DNA from: Octopus bimaculoides
Taxonomy: Eukaryota
Direction: 5' to 3'
Assembly: GCF_001194135.2 (NCBI RefSeq)
Contig: NC_068992.1
Span: 24,444,794 to 24,489,486 of the forward strand
Length of the DNA stretch: 44,693 bases
The notes below the pieces were generated by a model, which was not told the origin of the DNA, searched no databases, and saw nothing but the letters and a program-made list of their open reading frames with translations. A program made the translations under genes and the position numbers. This document shows positions 35,929 to 44,693 of this stretch, one piece after another. Every line of letters begins with the position of its first letter. Positions within the stretch are counted from its first letter, which is position 1.

Positions 35929-36262
35929 AAAGGTAAAGACCCCCTTCCGTCATGACTGGCCATGGGATTGCACCCAGAAAGTTCCCCTCCCAGGTACAAG
36001 TCCAGGCAAGGTTGTTTATGGAAGACCAGCAGTGACCCATGCATACTAGTTTTCTCTCTTCATACCACCGATGTTATTCAAGGGAAAGACAAAGGCTGAT
36101 ACAGCTTGGCACCAGTGATGTCACAACTCATTTCTACAGCTGAGTGGGGTGGAGCAACGTAAAATAAAGTGTCTTGCTCAAGAACAAAACACAGAGCCTA
36201 GTCAAGGAATTGAACTCAATAACACAAGATTGTGTGTCCAATGCTCCAACCACTGAACCATA
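35929..36262 (-). mobile_element. CORE-type SINE (family E-related)
   Basis: Minus-strand tRNA-like head, cttgagcaagacactttattt..gttgctcc..cactcagctgtagaaatg CORE-like block, 3' end ggggtctttaccttt. Confidence 0.75.
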
Positions 36263-36974
36263 CTCTGAATGTTAAGGGATTAAACATTTTGATAATTTTA
36301 TGTTTTAAATTTTTATAATCGATTTAATCCCTCAGAAAGATAAATTATGATTGTGTATCATTATTAACCCTGCCTATGCAAAAGGCCAGTCTTATTTCAT
36401 GCTGATTTATAGACATGCTCTAAGTTTTAAACATTCCATATCTCACAACATAGCTAACACACAATGTAGCTGCTAAATCTCACAACCTAATTTAATATCT
36501 ACATCAAATTTTCTTTGTATCTAATTAATTCAACTAAATGCCTCAAACAAATACGACGGAGAAAATTGTTTTAAATTTTCATGTTTGGTGGAATTATGCA
36601 CATTCACATCCTTCTGCATAATTTTCCAAACTGTTATCAGAACTATACAAATAGAGGGTGTTAAAATCAATTCCAATAAATTGTTTAAAATTTTCCATAT
36701 TTTCTTTAATATATTTTTGTATCATTCTTAAGAGAGACTTTTAATGTTAATTTAATGTTTAGCGAACTACTAATATCCAAATAAATTTATATATAACAAG
36801 CAGGATATTTTTTTTGCAATGATTAAGTGAGAATAGATATGACATAATACATTTTAAGACTCGACCACTGTTGAGGAGGTCATTGAATGTAATCCAGGAA
36901 ATGGTTTTGGAGAAAGACAAGATTAACTATAGCAGAAAATTATTCCTGTTATATACAGTAGATTGTGAGGCAGT

Positions 36975-37335
36975 GAGGCAGTGTGGTAAGAAGCTTGCTT
37001 CCTAATCACATGGTTCTGGGTTCAGTCCCACTGCATTGTACTTTGGTCATGTGTCTTTGATTATAACAGTGGGCTGGCCAAAGCTTTGTAGACAGAAACT
37101 GGAAGAAGCCCGTTGTGTGTGTGTGTGTGTATGTTGTGTGTGTGTGTCTTTGTGTCTGTCCCCCACCATCGCTTCACAACCGGTGTTGGTGTTTTTACAT
37201 TCCTGTAATCTTGCAGTTCAACAAAAGAGATCGGTAGAATAAGTACCAGACTTAGCAAAAAAACATTGTGGACAATCCATTCAATTAAGGCAGTCCCCCA
37301 GCATGGCCACAGTCTAAAAACTGAAATAAAATAAG
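36975..37335 (+). mobile_element. SINE family A, near full length
   Basis: gcagtgtggtaagaagcttgc...ggttcagtcccactgc...ccccagcatggccacagtc. Confidence 0.85.
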
Positions 37336-37907
37336 AAATGAAGAAAAAAATCCAAATTGAAATAGTGGAGCTGGTAAAATTCAGGCTACATGTGTTTCCT
37401 AGCTTGCAGATTCTCTGATATAATAATTACTCAATGAGGGGTACTCCACTAGCTATTCATCAGGCCAAAGATACCTTAATTATAGTTAACTTGCTGAAGA
37501 TATAATTTGAAAAGAATGGCAAATCCAGAAGATAAATGCTTGCTGAACTGAAGCAAAAAGGGCTGAGTCCTGTACGGGTGGAATTCTTGTACAATGGAGG
37601 AAAACACATTCCTTTATATTTTATATGGAATGATTAGCAAACTTAACTGTAAGAGTAGCAGCAGACTTATATAGAACGAGAGGTGGGTATATATCTATTT
37701 AGCCATATGACTTCCATTGGGTTACAGTCAATTTTCTTCATGTAGTTTTATTTTCAGTATGGAAGGGATTATGTGTACTATGTGGTCTGATAGCCAAGTC
37801 TGTAAGAAGAGCTTTGTGTGATAATTACATGATTCTCTAAATTCATATCTTATACTACTTATGTATGCCTATACATATGCATATATATATCATCATCATC
37901 ATCATAT

Positions 37908-37964
<57 letters not shown>

Positions 37965-38169
37965 NNNNNNNNNNNNNNNNNNNNNNNNNNNNNNNNNNNN
38001 NNNNNNNNNNNNNNNNNNNNNNNNNNNNNNNNNNNNNNNNNNNNNNNNNNNNNNNNNNNNNNNNNNNNNNNNNNNNNNNNNNNNNNNNNNNNNNNNNNNN
38101 NNNNNNNNNNNNNNNNNNNNNNNNNNNNNNNNNNNNNNNNNNNNNNNNNNNNNNNNNNNNNNNNNNNNN

Positions 38170-38214
<45 letters not shown>

Positions 38215-38794
38215 ATGCGTGTGTGTCTGTGTGGTTATTTATATGAATACATGATTATGTCTGCACGCAGTATAATATGTACTTTAACACTGTTTTGTTA
38301 TTACTGTTTAATCTTTTACAGTCAAGACTTGTTGAAGAACTGATGTGAAAATTAGTTGCGAGAACCATAAGCTTTGTGGTTGGTCTGGGAACCGTTCCAA
38401 CATACGGAATGAATTGCTTTGCCTTCAATTTTGAAAATGTTGGCCTTAGCTCAGAATGCTAAGGGGCTTCCAGAATTCTTCTGGCATACTCATTAACTTC
38501 ATATCAAAGAGTGAAGTAAGACTGAAAATTTACTTCAGATAAATCTTGAAATGCGTTCAACTTTTTCACTTCGTAATATGTTAATATATGCAAATCTCTA
38601 AGGTTGCATGACCTGCTATAACAATTTTAAGTGTGGAACCACTTCATTTCTCATGATTTCCTATTCCTGATGATTTATACATCTCTTGTAGCAAATATCT
38701 GAAATTCACACACTAAACATATACTTTCTTTGCTGCCATAAATTTCATACACATTTCCCTAACAACCAGTAATAATATTAATGCAAGCCCTTGG

Positions 38795-39012
38795 GCAATA
38801 AGCTGGCAGAATCATTAACAAGCAGGGTGAAATGCTTAGCAGTATTTCGTCTGTCTTTACAGTATTCTGAGTTCAAATTCTGCTGAGGTTGGCCTTACAT
38901 TTTATCCTTCCGGGATTGATAAAATAAGTACTAATTGAGCAGTGGGGCCAGTGCAATCGATTTACCCCCACTCACGAAATTGCTGGCCTTGTACCAAAAT
39001 TTGAAACTAATA
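38795..39012 (+). mobile_element. SINE family B
   Basis: agctggcagaatcatt...gagttcaaattc...ggccttgtaccaaaatttgaaac. Confidence 0.85.
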
Positions 39013-39032
39013 TTAATACAGTTCTTTGGGGT

Positions 39033-39185
39033 GGTGAGCTGGCAGAATTGGTAGAACCCCAGGCAAATTGCTTAGGCATAGGAGTGGCTGTGTGGTAAGT
39101 AGCTTGCTTATGAACCACATGGTTCCGGGTTCAGTCTCACTGTCTGGCACCTTGGGCAATTGTCTTCTACTATAGCCCGTCGTAT
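39033..39185 (+). mobile_element. SINE B head followed by an internally deleted SINE A head
   Basis: gagctggcagaattggtag..gctta|ggcataggagtggctgtgtggtaag..ctatagcc|cgtcgtat. Confidence 0.8.
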
Positions 39186-39294
39186 GAGGAATTCCAGAAG
39201 GAGCTTCATGAGGCCATGCAGAGACGGTTCCGGAAAAAAAAATATCAGTAACCGTTAGAAAACCGATTATAGCAGTGACTCGATCAATTCCTAA

Positions 39295-39340
39295 CAATAT
39301 CTGAAGAAGGAATTTTTATATTCTGAAATATTATATCAGA
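39295..39340 (+). ncRNA. Possible degenerate minimal type I hammerhead ribozyme (Penelope pLTR-type)
   Basis: AUAU-CUGAAGA-AGGA(loop)UUCU-GAAA-UA-UU-AUAU: core CUGANGA/GAAA/UH, 4-bp stem II including one GU pair, 4-bp stem I, palindromic AUAU stem III. Stems are short, so a chance match is not excluded. Confidence 0.4.
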
Positions 39341-39654
39341 CAATGAATAATTTGATTATAACAGTTATTATAGTCCACTCCGCTGTGTTGTGGCATTCAA
39401 GACATGTTTTATTTTGCAAACAATACACAATGCTTACAGCAAACTACAATACTCTCCTATTCGAGATTCAATTTCAGCTGAGGTCAACTTTACGATTTAG
39501 GATCGATAAAATAAGCACCAGTTAAACAGTGGAAGTGGTTTAATTGACTTATCCCCTACCTTGAAATTGCTGGCCATGGGCTAAAATTTGAATCCAATAT
39601 TAACAAATATATCCAGTGTACTCTACAACCAGTTGGTGTACTAACCACTTTATC

Positions 39655-39870
39655 GCTGGCAGAATCGTTAGCACGCCGAGCGAACTGCTTAGTGGTATTT
39701 TATCTGTCATTATGTTCTAAGTTCAAATTGCGCCGAGGTCAACTTTGCCTTTCATCCTTTTGGTGTCAATAAATTGAGTACCAGTTGCATATTTGGGTTG
39801 ATCTAACTGACAAGTCCCCCTTCCCCAAAAATTTTGGGCCTTGTGCCTAGAGTAGAAAAGAATAATTTTT
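39655..39870 (+). mobile_element. SINE family B (a 3' fragment also lies at about 39470-39600)
   Basis: gctggcagaatcgttagcacgccg...gggccttgtgcctagagtagaaaagaat. Confidence 0.9.
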
Positions 39871-41334
39871 TTAAATCTTTAGTAGAAGATGCTTACCAAA
39901 GGTACCATGCTGTAGCACTGAACATGGAACCACATGGTTGAGGAACACATGTCTTACCACACAGCTATGCTTGCACCTATCTTAAAATATATATCAAGCA
40001 CACACATGAAATCTATAAACCATCTCAACGCAAGCATAAAGACAACCACCAAAAATAGCATTGATATTAGCAAGGGGGCCTCAAAAGCATTACTTGACCT
40101 GCTAAAAGTACCAGCTAAAATCTCCCTCAAGCATACATTACAGTTCTTAAAATAAAAGGATAATGTAGATGTAGATATTTTATATTCACAAAATAGGCAT
40201 GAACAAGTGAATCAATAGAAGAAATAGGTTATTTAAAGACTCCATATTTTGTATTATGCATATACACGTATATATAATCACACGCGCACACACTCACATA
40301 TATGTGGGGAAACCATTATGGTGCTTTCATCTATGTTTAGCTATTTGCATGAATAGTTTAATTGTAAGCAACGTAAGAGCATTATATAAAACAATTTTTT
40401 TTTTAATGTAAATTCCTTTTTTACAAGAAATCTATAAAATATAATGAAATTACTAAGATATAATTTTATTTCAACTAATTATGACAGTAGCTTATATGCA
40501 GAATAATAAATATTTTGGTCACTATTATTGATAAAATGCTAAAAATATTTTCAAAAAAGCTTCTACGTGTTTTTTTTATTAATTTCCCTTTTTAATTATT
40601 TTTTCATTTTTTAATGAAAATACATTTTTTTTTTATTGTAGTCAATGAATTTATATTACTCCAGCTCAAACTCTCAATTTATATAATTTGTTAGTTACAC
40701 ACAGCTTGATTTTTCATTCAACAAATGGATGGCAGCTCTTCTCTCTGTTGATTGTAGTAAATAGCTCGTATATTCTGATGTATATTTTGATGTGTATCTC
40801 TTTCCATTTTTTATTATTTTTAATATTTTTGGTTTGTCTCTTACTATCTTATTGAAAAATGACTTATTAGTAATGGCATGTGGGATTACGAAAATGCCAA
40901 AAATATATCACTATGTTTGATGGAAACAAGGAAAATTTCATTATTTTTGTTCTGAGTTTCACAAGCAAAAAGAATGAAATATCAATAAATTGTCAGACAG
41001 ATTTCACCATAAAGTCAAAGCAAATAAGATTCGTAGCACACTGAATGATGTACACAGTAAAATATCGATAGATTAGAAACACAAATATTTAATGAAACCA
41101 TAAAAGAAAAAAACAGTCCACAAGTGGAGTTATTTCTAATTTTCTGGCAGATCATCTGAATACATAAGTTTCTGTTCAATAATTTGAAGTATACATCCAA
41201 AACCACTACTTTTCAAATACTGTGCTCAATAATCATTGCTAAGCTAAAATATTTTGTCACCGAAGTTAGCAGCAGTATAAATGGTTACTACCCTTGGTCA
41301 TTTGTATTACCATTACAATTTTCTACAAGAAAGT

Positions 41335-41762
41335 GGTGAACTGGAAGAATTGCTAGCACACCGGGTGAAATGCTTAGCGGTATTTCATCTATCTTTACGT
41401 TCTTAACCTTATGCCTAGGGTAGAAAAAATATTTGTTTTAAAGCTGCGAGCTGGCAGAAACATTAGCATGCTGGACGAAATGCTTAGTGGTATTTGATCT
41501 GTCTTTACGTTCTGAGTTCAAATTCTGCCAAGGTCAACTTTGCCTTTCATCCTTTCAGGCTCAATAAATTAAGTGCCAGTTGCATACTGGAGTTGATCTA
41601 ATCAACAGACCCCTTCCCCAAGAATTTCGGGTCTTGTGCCTAGAGTAGAAAAGAATATTTTCAACTGCTAAGTACCAGTTGCATGCTGGGGTCAATCTAA
41701 TCGACTGCCCCCCACCTAAAAAAATTTGTTGGCCTTGTGCGTAGAATAGAAAAGAATATTTT
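41335..41762 (+). mobile_element. Three tandem SINE family B pieces (deleted copy, full copy, 3' duplicate)
   Basis: About 41335-41430, 41445-41665 and 41670-41762; the last two both end gtagaa(t)agaaaagaatattttcaa. Confidence 0.85.
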
Positions 41763-42043
41763 CAATTGTATTACAGTGTTGAGCTGGTAGAAATGTTATG
41801 GCCTTAGTACATAGTACTATGAACCAGACAAAATTCTTTGCATAAAACACAACTTCAAGTTCAAATACCATTAAAGTTTAGTCTGTCTTTAAAACCTCCA
41901 CAGTGTTGATTAAACTTTTGTATATTAATATGCAGATAATCCTATGCAAATCAGTTCTTACAGCTGGTAGAAATAAAATGTGCATATACAACATTTCAAA
42001 TATGGAGAATTATGTAAAGAACCCAACTATCAAAATGAATTAA

Positions 42044-42254
42044 CCTCTTAGCATTCAGACTACAATGTCAAACGTAATGTTTATTTATTCACATTGATTG
42101 AATTAATCATATATTATCTCATAGCTTCAAGATTAACATAATGTGATTGTCTAATTTTAGACTGACATTGTAAGATAGTTGTAAAAAGCCTGATCTAGCT
42201 GGTTTGTATATAAAATAGAATATTTTGGTCGAATACAGTTTAAATGCCAATAGT
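42044..42254. mobile_element. Degenerate TTAA-flanked (piggyBac-like) MITE
   Basis: TTAA|cctcttagcatt ... aatgccaatagt|TTAA (TTAA at 42040-42043 and 42255-42258); ends are decayed versions of a CCCTTTAGCATT TIR. Confidence 0.5.
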
Positions 42255-42904
42255 TTAAATTCAGTTTCTGTATCTCAAGTGCTTATGCATGGACCTGAGT
42301 TATTTAACACAGTAATTAGCACAAACGGAAAGAAAACAAATGCATACACACACATCCCAACTATATTCTTATTGATCCAAATTCATTGACAAGGAAACAA
42401 AGAAAAAGTCAATTGTAAACCACTATTGTTTCCCCAATTCCATAAACAAGACCAACCTATATCCATTACAAGTCAATTTTTCTAGATAAAAACCAAGAAA
42501 TCTGAATTCTTATGGAGTGATTGATCCAGAGAAAAAAAGAAAGTATGTCTCGTTCAGATCAAGTAATATGTATTATAATGAAATGTAGACAATTAAAGTA
42601 TATCGTTAACTACTGATTTATCCTAAAATTATATTAGTGGTAACATCTGGTGCATCATGAAATTGGTTTTTCTAAAGGGTATCATTTAAGCAGTACAATG
42701 TCATATATTTCTACATGTGGTTAGGATAGGCTTATTTCATCCCACTGTGCAACTGAGAAATTAAATTTTTTAATGAATAGACAGGTGGCAGTGACGGTGG
42801 TGGTGGTGAAAGCAGTGGTGGTGGTAGTGAAGGTGTTTATGGGGAGAAGAGTGAGAGAGATGTGCGTATGTGAATACATTCATGGATGCATCCATGGATT
42901 GTAA

Positions 42905-43200
42905 AATAAACGAAAGAAGGAAGAAATGCAAAAACAAAAAAAAAATAAATAATCATGAATAAGAGAAAACAAAAGAAAGAAAGGAAATGAAATGAAACAG
43001 AAAAGAAAGAGAGAAAACAAAAAAAAAGGAGGTAAAAAGAAAAAAAACAGAAATAGAACCAAAAAATGTAAAAGAACTAAATTCTAGAAGAGGATCAAAA
43101 CCACTGACAAGATAGACATTGTTTCCTGTGCGAGAGAGAGATGAAGAGATCGAGAGAGACTGAGAGAGAGAGAGAGAAAGAGAAAAAGAGCGAGAAGTAC
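42905..43200. repeat. Purine-rich (GAAA)n/(GA)n low-complexity tract
   Basis: Direct inspection. Confidence 0.85.
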
Positions 43201-44384
43201 ATGTCATGAGAAAAAGAACTCATCGAACAATTGATAGTTCAAAGATATTTTTCATATTTATTATTTTTTTAATTAATATTTCTTATGAACCAAAACTGTT
43301 GTAGCCATTTTGTCTGACATAAAGAGATATTTCATAATCAGCTTGCCTAATAATAATCTTGCACATTTCTATTTTCTTTTCTATCTTTCAATCTAATATC
43401 ACAATTTTATGTATTTATTAATATACTTCCTGTTATTTCAGTGATAGCTTAATCTTCACTTCTCTCTCTCTCTCTCTCGTGTAAATTCTTATTTGTTCTT
43501 GTTTTTTTGTCTTCTTACTTCATACATTTTTCAACATTTACAACATTAGAGAAAAGATTTTCTTTTCTTTCTTTTATTCTTCCAAATGCAGAAACAGAAC
43601 TGCTGCCCTGATGTAACATGCAGATTTACAAATACGTGCCGTGCCTTCCACCGTGCCTTCCATACTTCTACCTCTCAAACCATCAGACAGTTATTGTTTA
43701 TCAGACAAAATGGCTCATAATAGCAGAGAACAAAAACAATACCTGCTGCTAGAATTTTATCTCCATTCACATATTTATATAAATATACATACATGAAACA
43801 TATGTGTACACACTTATCTCTTTACATATATATAAAACATATACACCCTCACAGAATCTTATAGACCAATCTTAACATATATGAACACAAATGCAAGCAA
43901 ACCAAGGCACGAATTCATAAGCAGTCAATGACAGATATGCATGTGGGTATATTTAAGCAGATAACTGACAGCCATTGCTCCCCACCCCATTCTTACACAC
44001 CTCATATCTTAAAGGTCCACCCTGACATCTAATCCCTACTATTTTTATCATTTTCCAGCCCCACCTAATCACTCCCATCCTGTCTTCTAAAATATAAGTA
44101 GTCACGTAGCTCTTGCACAGCAATAAATATGTTCTGCTTGGCCCTTTTCTCTCATACTTTACCCCTTTCTACTTCTCATCTCCTAGCATAACATTGCCCC
44201 TACATGGCAATGTCATTAGAGTTGGTGGCAAGAGAAAAAAAACACTCAGTGCATGCTGTAAAGGTGTTCATATTAGCCAGAGAAACCATGTTAAAGCAAA
44301 ATACTTGAGCCCAGTGCAGCTGCTGGGCCCATAGGATCCTATCAAACCAATCGACTTATACCAGCATAGAACATGGACTCAATA

Positions 44385-44625
44385 TAAGGATTTCAAATTT
44401 TATCAGATGGCTAGCAATTTCAGGGGAGCTGGTAAGTTGATTAAATCAACCCCAGTGCTAAACTGGTTCTTATTTTATCGACCCTGAAAGGATGAAAGGC
44501 AAAGCTGCCCTCAGTAGAATTTGAACTCCAAATGTAATGACTGACAAAATGCTGATGAGCCTTTTGCACTAAGTGTGTGCTAACAATTCTGCCAGCTCAC
44601 CACATTATGGGCTCTAAATAATGAT
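44385..44625 (-). mobile_element. SINE family B
   Basis: tttcaaatttt..gaaaggatgaaaggcaaag..gaatttgaactc..gctaacaattctgccagctcacc. Confidence 0.85.
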
Positions 44626-44693
44626 TATAATATACACATCTCACCTTTATAATCCCCAAAACATACACACACACACACACACATATATATATT

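Noticed and set aside
1-44693. CRISPR arrays, operons or prokaryotic defence systems
   Set aside because: The sequence is eukaryotic repeat-rich DNA; the repeats are dispersed SINEs and SSRs, not regularly spaced repeat-spacer arrays.

Overview
Eukaryotic, AT-rich, repeat-dense non-coding DNA with ten N-gaps, almost all bordered by microsatellites. The SINE families and the density of (CA)n/(TA)n/(AAT)n/(GAT)n tracts suggest an octopus (coleoid cephalopod) intron or intergenic region; this is inference from recalled repeat motifs, with no database search. I found no supportable host protein-coding exon, rRNA, true tRNA or CRISPR array. Nearly all long ORFs in the track are translations of microsatellites or N-runs. 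Most recognisable content is about 50 copies of five SINE-like families, labelled A-E here. Dead fragments of several transposon classes are also present: mariner transposase C-terminus plus TIR, a Tigger/pogo-like element with a nested Helentron-like (HINE) insert, a Penelope-like RT, a HERO/R2-type RLE C-terminus, RTE LINE pieces, and TA- and TTAA-flanked MITEs. The most interesting observations are a degenerate minimal hammerhead-ribozyme-like motif (39295-39340), long inverted repeats or hairpins (6954-7117, 16602-16863, 25306-25575, 31440-31551), a mariner fragment with an internally inverted coding piece, and head-to-head or tail-to-tail SINE pairs that could form dsRNA. I see no convincing novel multi-gene system. 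Repeat boundaries are by eye and approximate unless a TSD is given.
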